NCBI GenBank assembly: GCA_032718475.1
Contig: JAUCBJ010008848.1
Location: 1-64,000 of the forward strand
DNA length: 64,000 nucleotides
DNA from: Nemertoderma westbladi
Taxonomy: Eukaryota > Animalia > Xenacoelomorpha
Reading direction: 5' to 3'
A model generated the notes under the pieces. The model searched no databases and was not told the DNA's origin. It saw only the letters and a list, made by a program, of their open reading frames with translations. Every line of letters starts with the position of its first letter. Within the stretch, counting starts at the first letter, position 1. Positions 36,657 through 51,007 of the stretch are shown here, piece by piece. The translations under genes and the position numbers were made by a program.

Positions 36657-39339
36657 AACAGATGTTAAATGTGAGGATACTTAGAGGTTTTCGTTGGCCT
36701 TTGGCTCAACTTCGCTCTAAACCCCTACTCGTAGCCTAAGATTCAGGGTACCGTGTGATTTCGCCCTGGCTCCTAATCCAAAATGTGCTGATAAAAAATA
36801 ATTCGGGCAAACTGGGCAAACTAAACCCCTACCCGTAGCCTAAGATTCAGGGTTCCGTGTGATTTCGCCCTGGCTCCTAATCCAAAATGTGCTGATAAAA
36901 AATAATTCGGGCAAACTGGCCATAAGTCTAAAATACTCACCTTTTAATCCCAAACTACTTCCCAGAAAATAATGCAGTCGAGAATTAGTCAAAGTAAAAA
37001 ATAATAATAGACACGACTATTGGCACAAGGCCATTTATATTCTTCAAAAAAAAATATCAGATCTTCCATCCGCTCTTGTCCCTCTCCATTTTGGTCCCAT
37101 CCGACCATATCCTAGAATCCATTCATTGGAGAATCAATTTTCCTAAAAATTTCAAAATCCAAATGGATTGTCTAAAATTTTTTAAAAATTGTCTCACTTG
37201 TGGGTTCCAAGTGGAATTTCATTCCTTTGTACGCACAAAACCGCTCCTATGTGATACATAAGGGTACTACCCTCAATGTTCACATATAAAGACAATGGAA
37301 TTCCACCGCTGTCTTTAACCTACAGTGTACAGGTATACGGTAGGACTATGTGGCGACCATCAAGGGTCCCACATTACTACTTACGTGGTTTATATAGAGA
37401 TTTATAATCTCCCGTCTCGTTTCGAGTCTCCTCAAGGAGTACGAGACGTTGTATGGGTCTGTCTACAGTACGTCCGTCAATTAACCGTACAGTCACAGTC
37501 CGTATTACACCACCTGATGTCAGGTGTGTGGTCAAAATGACTCCAGTCAACCAAAACCGTCTTTTCAAGTTGGTCTCTGCCAATAATACGTGGTCACCAC
37601 GCCTTAAAGACCGGGTGGTAAGATACCAAGTGGTCCTGGTTGAAATAGAGGGCAAATAATGTTTCTACCATACTTCCCAAAACTTGTTGGCTAACAGTTG
37701 AGTGATTTTCAAGCTTTGTTGCCGTAACTGTCACTGTCCATAGGTACGGAGGTAGGTAACACTGTAGTCGGCGCCTGCATAAGCAGGTGCACTGATGTCA
37801 AGGCAAATCGAGACTGTTTGTCGTCGGTAACCAAAGCGATTGGTCTAGTATTTAATATCGCCTCGATTTCTATTAATAATGTAGTCAATTGGTTGTCTGT
37901 CAAAATGCGTTGCGTAGGTATTACTTTCACCATTGCCGTTTTGATAGATCCAATCAACCTCTCCCAAACTCCGCCTCTCCACGGACTGTCTGAAGGGTTG
38001 AAGTTAAGATGATCTTATGGGGATGTAGTTCCTTGGAGATCTGATTGTGGTCTACCTTCTTTAAGGCTCTAGCAATTTCGTTCCTAGCACCCACAAAGTT
38101 GGTCCCTTGGTCGCAATGTATGGATTTGACCAATCCACGTCTAGCGATAAATTGCCGTAATGCGAGGATAAAAGCATTGGTAGTTAGATCTGTTACACGT
38201 TCAATATGAACTGCTCTACTAGCCATGCAGGTAAAGATCAATCCCCAACGTTTCGCCTGTACGCATCCACGTTTTGCGTTTATAGGTCCAAAACAGTCAA
38301 TCCCCATTTCGGTAAATGGGGGTCTAAACGCTTATAGTCTAGCTAATGGTAGTTCACTCATCTCTTGGCGTCCTATTCTCGCGTGTACCTTCTTACAAAT
38401 GATACCGTTGCGTGGTACTGAACTCAATCCCTTACTGGGTCTAATAAATACAAACCTCAAACATAAGTGTGATAGACAGTGATGTCTCCCTACGTGTTTA
38501 AGTTGTATATGTGTGTCCAGTATCATAGTGCACTGTAACTCGTGGTGTTGCGGTATAATGATAGGATACCTAAAGTCAATAGCAACGTCAATGTTTTGGA
38601 GCTGGGACTTATGACAAAGTAAGCCCTTGTATATTATCGGACTCCAACTCAGTATCGGTGAAGACTTAATCTGTTTACCTTGATTGATTGCTGTGAACTC
38701 TCGTGCGAAATATCGCAATTGATAATGTCTAATAATATCAATCTCACAGCTATCAATTTCAGCCAAGGTTAGTCTATGTGGAAAGTTGCGTTTGCCTTTG
38801 GGATATTGTCTCAAACGTTTGAGCCATGCCAACTTGCGGCAAGCGTTTGTCCATGATCGTGTCAGGTTGAATATCTGGTCGACATAAGCATTAGTGACGT
38901 CACCGGGTAAGGTATAGGTATAGTGTGGAGACTTGGTAGGCCCGCGGGCCTTCCGATGAGTGTCTCCCTTTGTGCAATGGGATTGTCTGGGTCCACAAGT
39001 ACTCTCTTGGTCTCCAGTATCTTACCTTTATCATCAGCACTCGATGGGTTGACCTGTAATAGTGGTTTCAACTCTACGGAATTGGCGTGTTTCTGTGGAC
39101 TTGTACGTCTCCTAACTTGGGTCACACATTTAGCCATGGGCTGTAAGTCAGTTATTTTCCTTGAGCATAGTGTGATCCCTGTATTTATAATTTGATGGGC
39201 ACCACCCATATTTGCAATACCTGTAGTGACACCATTGTCTTGGTGACTCAAATAAGTCAAAGTAGGTAAGTTTTACCAACTTACCTATTTTGGTGGTCAA
39301 TACTAGGCCTCTCCAGGGGGGTAATTGCGCTGTTATAGT

Positions 39340-39700
39340 ATACATCATCACATTCTGGTAGAATGTCTGGTAAGTGGTCTGGTTGACAGTCCGGTGAGAT
39401 GTCTGGTGAGCAGTCTGGTGAGACGTCTGGTGAAACACATCGCGGAACATCCAGCGAAGTGTTCAGTCGTACATCCGGTAGAATGTCTCATAACGTCTGG
39501 CAGAATGTCTGGTCTAAAATCTGGTTGACAGTCTGGCGAGATGTCTGGTGGAAAGTCCGGTTGACAGTCTGGCGAGATGTCTGGTCGAAAGTCTGGGAAT
39601 AAATCCAACGAAATGTCTGGTGGAAAATCTGGTGAGATGTCTGGTAGACAATTGGTCGAAAGATCCAGAAAGCATCGGTCAGAAAGGCATCTGGCGATGG
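39340..39700. repeat. Degenerate 12/36-bp tandem repeat (ATGTCTGGT core)
   Basis: Direct observation. Confidence 0.7.
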
Positions 39701-39759
39701 GTCTGTAGAATAATCTGTGTGAGCTGATTCAATTCCGCCTCATTACCCTCATAAGTTAG

Positions 39760-41417
39760 GACAGTGGCACCTTTTTCAGCAATATTGGAGATACGAGATT
39801 GGTAACAACCAATCTCGTATCACAACCAATAACGGGGACAACACAAACCCCAAAACCACACAAAGGGAGGTTAGAGGTCAAACCACCTTAGAAGGGAAAA
39901 TAACCAACAGGGGCCAACAGAGGGGGAAGCACTCCCAGAGAGGTGAGAGGCGTGAAGTAGGTTATCAGCCAATAGGAGTGGGGGAAAGGATCCACTGGAC
40001 AAAGGCCACAGTAATGTAGGAATGATTAGATATATTATCAATGTGTTGAGATACCAATTCAGTTATTCAGTCATTAGTTTGAGTGCAGACCGGTGACATC
40101 TTACACCGTCACCGTCACTACATATCATCAATATCCTACCTACCGCTACACTGCTATTGTCAATAACATCATATTAACTGTGCTATTACTTACTATTCAT
40201 TTATCGACATATTATCAATCGAACATCAAGACGATAACAACAAACTTTATTTCAATACCACACGGTGACGCGTAGTCTGAACAAACCGGTCGGGATCCCT
40301 TGATCCCATCGCAGTGAAAGATACCAGCTACCACGAAACTGTGACTGCCAGGCAAGATGAGCACAGGACAACAACGATTGTCGGAGGGAGAGAGGACACC
40401 ACCACGGACCCCGGACGATACCAACCAAACGATCTGCGAGGCCGCGACGCGACGGTACCGACCTGCGACGCTGGATTCGCCGACAAGAGACGATCCGGCA
40501 GTCCAAGCGGAGGGCGGCCGTCTACCACGAGAAAGGGACGAGTCGACGCATGATGGCGGTCGAAGTACCGAAGTCGCCGGCCAGCCACAGGCCGAGGGCA
40601 ACGGACGGCCCACCGGAACGGCGACGGTGGGGCCGCCGGTACGATGCCGAACCAGGAGAGGAGGAGGAGATGTCGGCGACGAGGACGTCGGAACCAGCGA
40701 TCGGCTTCGACGGGCCTACAACGCCACGAAGAAACTGCTCAAGGAGGCCAGAGAGGGGGCAAAGGTAAACCAAGGGAAGTTGAGCCAGCGGCTAGGTGAG
40801 TCAAATAAACATTTCAGATATCTAGTCCGTTTCGGGCAGGGAGAACTGGCGAGTGAGAGAGCGAGGGGGGTCGCCACCGAACTATTCGAACTGTGGTGAT
40901 CCGTGTTATGGAGCCTGAAGTAGTGTATGTAGGGCCGTATTTAGTGGATGCTAGGGGAATAAAGTTAGTGGGTTGGGCAGATCCGCACGAGGGCGAACCC
41001 GAGGTTAACCCCAAGGATTCGGTCTCGTCAGTCAGCGAGAACCCCAGAAAGCGGGGGAAAATTAGTAGGACAGAGAGGCGACGGGAGTCCATTGCGACCG
41101 ATAAGTCCACTACATCTGAAAGATCCTCTACGGTAAGAACTATCCCACGGCCTACAAATCTACTAATACGAAGCTATAGAATATCCCTTACTGTGGAGTC
41201 CAGTAGTATACCGCTTACCAGATCCTAGTAACGATGTATCTTACTGTAAGATCTAGTAATGTAACGGACTCGTATAGTATCTGACAACAAATCCCAGTCC
41301 AGGGTATCTATTCAAACAGATACAATACACAAACGGCTACTGGCGAGGAGCAGAGCCTAGTGTCTATTCTATGTACGTGAGCGGGTCTAATGCCTACGAA
41401 CTAGACAAAAGGAAACC
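39760..41417 (+). mobile_element. Probable 5' part (LTR plus gag start) of another BEL/Pao-like element, cut by element B
   Basis: GC-rich ORFs 40357..40899 and 40893..41228 with a helical segment and the motif VNPKDSVSSV, as seen in BEL gag N-termini. An LTR-like non-coding region lies upstream. Boundaries uncertain. Confidence 0.4.
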
Positions 41418-42685
41418 TGTCCTCTAACCGGTGAGGCAGATGTACAGTTACAGTAACAGACCAAACTCACGGGAAAACAATCCCCGCACATCGAATCCTA
41501 ACTATCGCTGACAGTCCTAAATACCGTAACTTGCCGCGGTGTGATTTATATGGTTTATATACGAGCTAGTGGGTTAACAGACCTAGCGTAACAATACTGT
41601 TCCCGTATTAAGTCAGTCTAAAGGGGGTCGTGCCTAATGTAACAATACCGCTGCTCAGACAAACAACAGTTTAATAACGAAATAAATACTCCTTCTTGCC
41701 GTAACTAAATATCAGATCCTAAATTTACAAACTACGAATAGTGAATTACAGATAAATTCTGCCTAAAAGTAATCTAAAGTGCGCTATAACTAGTAGAATT
41801 CTAAGGGTAAATATGTTTTAGGGCGTGTGTGTGTGGGTGTGTTACAATAAAACAATTTTGGTGTATATCATTGTACTAGGTTTTAGTAATTTTCTGACCA
41901 AAACAACACCATGCGCTAGCTACGAAAATAAGCTAGTTGCGTTTTGTAGAACTTTATACTTACAAATGACGTCAAAGCTCTCTCCTTCCTATCCACAACT
42001 CAACCGGGCAATTACGGTGTTAGTAACTACACCCGTGATCGGCACAAATACCATATTCTGGTTGTAAGATAAGAAATAGGGTTAATTGCTACCGTACGTT
42101 AGCTGATCTGGTATACAAATTTGATTCTAGAACTTTGTTGCCACGGTGGTTAGCAGCAATACCTATCAGTACGTGGCAAGGCGCGGTAGGATATTAATAA
42201 ACCTCCCTAGGCCAAGCGGTGTGCCGGTAGCAGAAATGCTCCTTGCCTGATCAAATAACTAAGGTTCAGACAAGGGGGGGGGGGGGTACTAATGTATGTT
42301 CTACAAAGCAAACCGGTACCAAACTGTCAGTATTACGCATCACTAAATTATGGAACATGCTGTCTGTACCTAATATGTACTCGCGTACTGACGAATGGCA
42401 ATAGTTCGCACCTGTGAGATATACAGGTTAACCCAGGGATTTGTAATACAGGGGGGGGGGGGGGGGGGGGGTTCTGTCTGAATCTAACTATTTGATCCTA
42501 AATTTTGCGGCGTCCCAGGACGGCGTCACGCTTACCCTGATCTATAGGTCTTACGTCGGGCAAGGGCGTCAAACAAAGTCTTACCTTCCTCGGAAATCGG
42601 GCGCTGCATGGCAAAGGTGGAGTATTTCGAAGGGCGAAGGGGGTGCGCGGTCTAATCTAATGTGGGCGCTAGCGTGTTGTGGACA
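41418..42685 (-). repeat. 3' LTR of copy B
   Basis: Termini TGTCC...GGACA. Minus-strand PPT AGGGAAGA adjacent at 42686-42693. Confidence 0.8.
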
Positions 42686-43814
42686 TCTTCCCTGCGTTGC
42701 TGACGGCCTAATTGTCTAGACGGCCATCTTCCCAATGCTTGGCTGTCCCAATGGTGGACGATTGGAAATATACATGTTCAGAAGTTTACAGTATATTTAC
42801 AGTTTTACAAAGATTTATCAAACAGATTACTAGATTTATAACAAAAGAAACAAATACTAAGTTAACAAGAGTTAACATTAGTGAGTGATAACTAGAATGA
42901 TAAGCAAGTGTAAGTGGATGATAACCGAAGGCAAACCAGCCCTTATATGCTAAATCTGGGACATAGAATCCATTAGAACCTTCCAGAGCATTCCATGGCC
43001 TCACATTGGAGCAATAAGATGTTCCATGCCCTATGATTGGCCCAACTCATCGTTCCATGTGTTGTACGCACCTCATTGGTTTATCAAATTATATCAAATG
43101 AAAATAAATTGGTATATTGAAAATAGGTAAGACAATACTGCAAACATATCAATCTGTACCGGTACTAACTAAAGATATCTTGGGGCGAGCCATGATAGCA
43201 TGAAGGCGTTACATCACTCCCCCTAACGAGAAGCGGAGCTATTAATTATATAGTAATATACAAAATACACAATAATATATTACATAGTATGAATATTTAA
43301 GGGAAAATAATTATTTCTGCACTACAGACAGACAGTAATTATGTACTTACTAACTGTTTAATACAAAGTATCAATAACAAATATGATGTTAGTGAAATTA
43401 TATATTATTTCTATGGGTAGGATAACTATTATAATAATTAATATATTGTAACTAGATAGGTTATGTAGTATAATTGGTACACGTTCCAAAAATATCTCTG
43501 ATTTAAAATTAAGACACAAAGAAAATAATATTGCAATCCTTTATTATTACGTTAATCATATAGATCACAGATTAAATTAAACCGTACACTTTTTGTTTGT
43601 TTTATTTTATTCGTTAATAAGACTTGTGGTTCGTCTCCGATTTCATTATTTTCCAAGTTAGATAATACAGCTGGTTTTACCCTATCCAGCGATACAACGT
43701 GTTGCTCGTACTTGCGCACAATTGTTACAGTTTTATTTGTTAATGAAACTATACGAAACGGTCCTGTATATAAGGGTGCCAGTGAGGATCTTTTAATAGG
43801 ATCTTTTATCCATA

Positions 43815-46484
43815 TAATAATAATGTTTATTGACTCTAAGTTTCATTAAATGGCACAGATAATTAAGTTTGTAAAATACATAACTATACCTTTGAATACA
43901 CTTAGCGTCCAAAATATATCAATGATTACTAAGTCTTATAAATACAATTCAAGCACCTTTTCACAATACTTACACAACACATAATAATCGTCACAAGAGA
44001 ATAAACTGTTTAGCGAGCAGAAATTTAGTTTACTTTTAAAAAATTGACTCTCCCGTAACTCAAATGAGATCGGGCATTCTAGCAACACATGTACTTCTGT
44101 TTGCATCGATTTATTGTCGCAACCACAGACTCTTCGGTCACTAGGGGTCCTTGACCACCTGCCCGTCTCTATTCTTAAGCTATGGGAGATGACCCTAATT
44201 CTCGTAAACCATACTCGTATGTAATCTGGTACAAATGGCCTCAAATTACGGTATACAGGGTGAGGTAGTAATTCTTTATTCATCTCAGTTCGATAAGTAA
44301 CAAACTTGGTTGCAGAGCCAGGTTTGCTATTTATCCTATTACGTATCTCTTCAAGTTTGTCTACATTTTGTTGCCAACTATTTGCTTCCATTAGTAACCG
44401 GTATCCGGGTGTGTTTGCTTGCCTACATAACTCAAAAACCTGTGTAAATGGGAGTTCACTATCCTGACTTTTCAACATTTTACATATAAATCTTTTCCTA
44501 GCACGTGAAATTAAGTACTTGAGGGGTGGTGCTCCTACTTCTACCAAACAAATATCCGTGGGGGTTTGAGCCCTAACACCAAGAATACCTTTCACCATCC
44601 TGGTATAATATTTTTCAATTAGACTGGTGTCACTCGTTAACCATGCTTCTGATCCATATACCAGGCCAGATAATACTGCAGCATCAAATACGCGTTTTTT
44701 AATTGCAAAAGGTAGACTTGTGTTCGTGCTCGTAAAAATGTTAAATTTATTGACAGTTTCTTCGCACTTAAGCCGGTGGTGCTTAAGTGTACTCTGGACC
44801 TTCCCATCTGCACAAAAAGGTACTCCCAAATATACATACAGCGCACAATAATTTACAACCAAATTATTAATAGTCTGCGGCGCCTCATCACCTAGACTAG
44901 GGTTAATGACAAAAAATTTCGTTTTTTTTTCGTTAATTTCCATTCCAGATGTATCACAAAATGTAACCAGAGTTTTTAGTTTCAGCAGTGCATTAGTGCG
45001 GGAAGTGGAAAAAGTCACAGTATCGTCCATCAAAAGTAATAAATGGATTGCCCCCAAGAAACCGTCATCCACAACTGTACTTCGGATCATCTTAGCTAAT
45101 CTATTAATGTAAATGCAAAAGAGCACCACGCTAGATGGGGCACCTTGCCGGACACCAATAACAGACAAAAACATAGCAGTTTTAAGAATGTGCTTCGTAC
45201 ATTTATAAACAGCTTGCACCGCTAATAACATTGTTTTTCCGCAACCAAGTTTTTGTAGAGTTAACAACAACTGATCTCTTGGTACACGGTCATATGCCTT
45301 TTTGAAGTCAACAAAAATTATAAATAATTTTTGCTTCGTAAATATAGCACAATCAATAAGTAAGCGGAGGGACACGATATGTTCTAAACAACCTCTTTTT
45401 GGCTGACCGCCCGCTTGGCTGACCGCTTGGCTGACCGCCCGCTTGGCTGACCGCTTGGCTGACCGCCCGCTTGGCTGACCGCTTGGCTGACCGCCCGCTT
45501 GGCTGACCGCTTGGCTGACCGCCCGCTTGGCACTTATCAATATTACACCACGATAACAATCTGCGGGTCAATAACAAATCATAAACTTTGGCCAATGTGG
45601 ACATTATCGAGATACCCCGATAGTTTCCACAGAGGCCGCGGTTGCCAGATTTAAACAATACAATCAACCTACTAACACCCCACCGTAAAGGATAGCATGT
45701 CTGATGAAACACAATATTAAAAATAGATAGGAAAAATAAAAGCCATGCTGCAGGCAATGCAATGAAAATACCAAGGCTTATACCTATGTAACTCTTGCCA
45801 GGTTTAATATCCGCCATCGCTTCAGCCAACTCCCGCTCAGTAAATTTGTCATCCAGAGCGGGTATGTAAGGCGATGAACTGAAGTCAGATAAGTTCAGAT
45901 CCATCTGCCCCCCCGACTCCCCAGTCCCCAATAGATTGGTGAAATGGCTGGCGAACTCGTCATCCGATGGCATACTAGCGTGCGACGGTGTACCGAATCC
46001 ACCTTTCCAATTTACTGCATTCCAGATTGTTTGAGAATCATTTTCAGCCGTTAATCTCTCCCATCGATACGAGTTACTTGTCGATGACACCTTATTCTCC
46101 TTCTTCCGGGGATGTCGTTTGGCACAATTATTTATCACTGACTCGCAGTCCGCTATACATCTCTCTAGACCGGCCTCTGACAGATCCGCGGTAGACGGGG
46201 GGGTTAGCTGTGCCATCGACTCCGTAAATGCACGACAGTCTGTAACTTTGTGTGACACACCTTTAATTGCCTCACCCGACGAAATAGGCCACTCTGTTAC
46301 TCCCAGGTAAGCCGCGCGTTCTACCAGTGACGTAATACTGTAGCCGATCGATTTATCGACTGAGACATGTAAAGTCAGCGGAGCATGATCCGATCCAACA
46401 ACTGACTTGTCATTTGAGAGGTAAGTAATGCGACTTTCACACGACCAGGAACTGACAGCGAGATCAAGCTCGGAAATGCTCATA
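43815..46484 (-). mobile_element. 5'-truncated LINE (RTEX/L2-like) inserted in the Gypsy integrase
   Basis: RT motifs YRGISI, FVDFKKAYDRV, GVRQG, LMDD, YLGV; C-terminal LRIETGRW..C.C..H...C. AATAAA plus (TTA)n tail. TSD CATA (43811-43814, 46485-46488); removing the insert restores integrase ATHV-WIKD. Confidence 0.85.
45400..45530. repeat. 12/16-bp tandem expansion (GCTTGGCTGACC) inside the LINE RT, causing a frameshift
   Basis: Direct observation at the CQAGGQ codons. Confidence 0.9.
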
Positions 46485-46947
46485 CATACATGTGTTGCAT
46501 TCGATAATTGAGATGGAACTGACGATTTACATGAATAATTACGGACTGGTGGAACCAAACTATCAATTTTCGTGAATAGTTTAGAAATGTACGTCGGTAC
46601 ACTCATTGTCTCCTGTAATGTTGATTCAAAACACTGCCCGGGTAAACAAAGTTCAGATCCATATACCATTTGTGACGGAGAATATTCGTGTAAACCAATT
46701 ACAGACCTTAATCCCAATAACACCATGGGTAATTCATGATACCAATTTGTAGAATTACATTTAGCACGCAGTGAATTTTTAAGCTGCCTATGAAACCGTT
46801 CGATTGCACCATTGCATGCCGGATGATAGGCAGTTGTACGTCGTCTCTCACTTCCTAATTGTAGCATCAAACAGTTCCAAAACTTTGATTCAAATTGTGC
46901 TCCCCTATCAGAAACAATTATTTTAGGAACTCCAAAACGACCAACCC

Positions 46948-47238
46948 TACTACTAGGATCGGCATGCTGCATTGCAGCTGCATTTTTAAGGATGCTGTGC
47001 CGGCTTGTCAACAAAATTGCACCGCCACAACTCCCTATCACCCATGACATTTGCTAGATCATCCGCATCTTTAAGGCCAGTGTCCTTTAAGATGCGTCTC
47101 AAGAAAGTCATGGGCTGTCCACCATGCTTATTCACTCCATGAGGCTGCCAAAGTACAAGATTATGCACTGGCTGGTCCTCACGGCGAAAGCAATGTCCTG
47201 CAAAGCGGAGGCGATTTTGTTCTAGTGTCTAGTATTAG
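46948..47238 (-). mobile_element. 3' fragment of the RTE LINE family seen at 24212
   Basis: Near-identical to 24210-24491. 11-bp TSD ACGACCAACCC (46937-46947, 47239-47249); removing the insert restores integrase NWVGR-FGVP. Confidence 0.92.
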
Positions 47239-48847
47239 ACGACCAACCCAATTGAATAAGAATGCCTTTACAATTGATTCTGTTGAAATATCTGAAATTG
47301 GAATTACTTCCGGCCAACGTGTATACCGGTCAATGGCGGTGAATAAATATTTATACCCACAAGAGGGCGGCAAAGGTCCAACTAGATCTATATGAACTGT
47401 CTCAAATCTCTGAGTAGTCGGAATGTTCCCAATTGGCGTTTTTACATTTGTTGTAATTTTGGAAATTTGGCAGTTTTGACATTGTCTACACCATTGTTTT
47501 ATGTCTTTATTCATAGAAGGCCAAATATAACGTTGTGAAATCAATTTAAGACTTGCCTTGGAACCTGGATGAGAAAGATTATGCAGATTTTTGAATACTT
47601 CTTGTCGCATTTCCAATGGCAAATACGGTCGCAAGATATCCGTTGACGCATCACAAACAAGATACGAGTTATCGGTGAGATACAACCGCTTCAAAGGCAA
47701 GGTTGTCTGGGAAATGAATTTCTGAAGATTATTGTCATTAATTTGGGCCTTTGCCAATTCAGGCTGTTCAAAGTAATAGCCGATATTGGCCTAGAAAGTG
47801 CATCTGCGACAATGTTATCAGAACCTCGAATATGTTCTATTTTGCAATCAAATTCAAGAATATACGAAATCCAGCGCGACTGCTGTGGAGTTGGATGCCT
47901 CATGTTCACACAGTTTATCAGTGGTTTATGATCGGTAATTATTGTTATGGGTTGACCTAATAACCATTCATGATGTATTAGACTACAATAAATTGCCAAT
48001 AATTCCTTGTCAAAAGCCGATTTATTACTTTCAATTGGTGTAAGTTTTCTAGAATAAAAACAGATTGGTTCTAGAACTCCGTCTACAAGCTGATGTATTA
48101 CTGCACCTATTGCAATGTTAGAAGCATCGGTTGTCATACTAAACTTAGCTTCTTTATGTGGAAAAGACAAAGTAACTGCGTTCTGTAGAGCAGTTTTTAA
48201 TAAATCGAATGATGTATTAGCTGCACTATTCCACTCCAATGCATCTTTTTTTTGTTTATTGCGCGTTAAATCGGTTAAAGGAGAAGCTATTTTAGAAAAC
48301 TCAGGTACAAATCTATGATAAAACCCGCACATTCCTAAAAATCGTTTCAAGGAAGACATTGTCTCTGGACGTGGAAATTGTTTAATTGCTTCTAGTTTAT
48401 TTGGATTGGGCCTAACTCCATCCTTGGAAATTATATATCCCGAAATTTTACAGTAGATCTGGAAAATTCACATTTATCCCTTCTGGCTGTGAGACCATGC
48501 GATTTGAGACGTTCTAGAACACGCTTTAGATCTTGGTAGTGTTGCCCCGGATTCGGACTAACAATTAAAATGTCATCCACGTATCCTACACCGCAATCAA
48601 TGTCATATAGCACTGTATCCATAAGACGCTGAAAAGTTTGACTGGAATTTCTTAGTCCAAACGGCATTCTGTTGAATTTAAATAATCCAAAAGGTGTTAT
48701 TATAGCAGTTTTGTCAACGTCGCAGTCAGCTACTGGGACCTGGTGAAAAGCTTTTTTTAAATCAATTTTGCTAAAAATGGTGCATCCTCTGAATTTATTT
48801 GTTACATCTGCAATATTGGGCATCGGATATGTATCAGGAACCGTCAC

Positions 48848-49686
48848 TTTATTTAAAGCTCTGTAGTCCCCACACGGTCTCAAACCTCCGTCTGGTCCCC
48901 ACACGGTCTCAAACCTCCGTCTGGTCCCCACACGGTCTCAAACCTCCGTCTGGTCCCCACACGGTCTCAAACCTCCGTCTGGTCCCCACACGGTCTCAAA
49001 CCTCCGTCTGGTCCCCACACGGTCTCAAACCTCCGTCTGGTCCCCACACGGTCTCAAACCTCCGTCTGGTCCCCACACGGTCTCAAACCTCCGTCTGGTT
49101 TGGGTGCAACGTGTAGGGGTGTTGCCCTTTATTTAAAGCTCTGTAGTCCCCACACGGTCTCAAACCTCCGTCTGGTCCCCACACGGTCTCAAACCTCCGT
49201 CTGGTCCCCACACGGTCTCAAACCTCCGTCTGGTCCCCACACGGTCTCAAACCTCCGTCTGGTCCCCACACGGTCTCAAACCTCCGTCTGGTTTGGGTGC
49301 AACGTGTAGGGGTGTTGCCCTTTATTTAAAGCTCTGTAGTCCCCACACGGTCTCAAACCTCCGTCTGGTCCCCACACGGTCTCAAACCTCCGTCTGGTCC
49401 CCACACGGTCTCAAACCTCCGTCTGGTTTGGGTGCAACGTGTAGGGGTGTTGCCCTTTATTTAAAGCTCTGTAGTCCCCACACGGTCTCAAACCTCCGTC
49501 TGGTTTGGGTGCAACGTGTAGGGGTGTTGCCCTTTATTTAAAGCTCTGTAGTCCCCACACGGTCTCAAACCTCCGTCTGGTTTGGGTGCAACGTGTAGGG
49601 GTGTTGCCCTTTATTTAAAGCTCTGTAGTCCCCACACGGTCTCAAACCTCCGTCTGGTTTGGGTGCAACGTGTAGGGGTGTTGCCC
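48848..49686. repeat. Compound tandem expansion (29-bp unit within a 77-bp unit) inside the Gypsy RT coding sequence
   Basis: Identical copies of CCCCACACGGTCTCAAACCTCCGTCTGGT and of the longer unit encoding ATPLHVAPKPDGGLRPCGDYRALNK. Confidence 0.92.
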
Positions 49687-51007
49687 ATGGTGATTCACCA
49701 CGTGTCACAATACCTAAATTTAATAAATTGTCAAATTCTTGTCGTGCTGCTTGTAATTTAGTACCAAATAAACGTCGGGGTTTTGAACTTTGAGGTGGTC
49801 CTGTCGTTGTAATATAATGTTTAACTGTATGTTTTATAGGCTCAGACACTGGTTTGTCAGTAAACACTTCATTATATTGCACTAATAAATTGTCAACCTT
49901 GTGAATCAAGCACACTTGTGGTTTAGTTTCATTGATTATACATGGTATATAAGTCAACTTCTGGGTATTATAAAAAATGCCTCATTTCGTGCCGTTGCGT
50001 TGGCAACAGCAGCAACATTTACAAACAACATAGATACACAAAATATAAATAAACACTTTGAAAATAAAAGTAGGTTTAGTAAGGCAAGTTGCTAAAATAG
50101 ATAATAAGGTAAATAAGCACAGCACAATAAATCTGGTAGGCAATGAAAAATAGTTCCTGGCGTTATTTAATATATTGCTACCAACTCCATTTGAAGATTT
50201 ATCCGTATCTTCATTATGGAAAAAATGAGCTGCATTAACATTTGCTTAAAAATCTTATAGTGAAATAATCCATCACCGCTCCATGAAAACAGTAAGTAAG
50301 ACTGTTTTCACCAATCGAGATATAAACTATTTACAAAATATTTCTAAGTCTAATGGTGGGACCTAAAATATAAAAATAATCACTACCTAATTATTGCATA
50401 CTTAATATTGCAGGTACGGCGTAAATACAATCTATCATACATACAAAATACAAATTTACCAATTAACTTTAGTGCATAAAATACAAAAAAAGCTTTCGGT
50501 TATCAAGATAAGCAAATTAAACAAATCAGAACAAATCAAAACAAATAATTTCAAACTTTCAACAATCTTCATATATTGCAAATATACATAATAAACTTCA
50601 CCAAATTAAATCAGTCCAAATATAAAACAAACATAATGCGCTAATAACTTTCAAATAAGTCTTAAAGTGTCCTCCTGACGATCTTAAAAGTTCGTCCTGC
50701 TGGTCTGGATATCTTCTCCTGAGCACTAATCGCTAACGGTAGGCTCGCAAGCCTTCCTTCTCTATCTCGCTCCTCCAAAACCAACGTCCAATATAAATAC
50801 CCAAATATAATATCCAAATATAAATATCCAATATAAATATCCAATATAAATATCCAAATATAATATCCAAATATAATATCCAATCGGTAGGCTCGCAAGC
50901 CTTCCTTCCTTCATCTTGCTATCCTATTCCTTAGCCGAACGGGCTCGTCCACGCCCTCTAATACGATTGGGTGGTGGTCGGGATCGAACTGGACTCGGAC
51001 TTCGGTG

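Larger units (their letters stand above)
33729..39720 (-). mobile_element. BEL/Pao LTR retrotransposon copy A (degenerate): integrase, extra ORF, 3' LTR
   Basis: Integrase remnants at 37377-38860 (GIDCFGP, CMASRAVHIE, CDQGTNFVGA, IEAILNTRP, RPIQRLVLL). Extra ORF 35871-36656. LTR 33729-34800. Right limit approximate. Confidence 0.8.
43150..49960 (-). mobile_element. Degenerate Ty3/Gypsy element (RT-RNaseH-integrase), 5' truncated, host to two LINE inserts
   Basis: RT (SPWATPLH, RPCGDYRALN, KIDLKKAFHQ, RMPFGLRN, YVDD), RNase H (TDAS, DKELLAIY, TDHKPL, NIVADALSR), integrase (H..SHPG, C..CQ, HIDLVGP, SDRGAQF, NGAIERFH, LAPLYTGPF). PPT AGGGGGAGTGA before TGTAAC at 43213. Confidence 0.88.
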
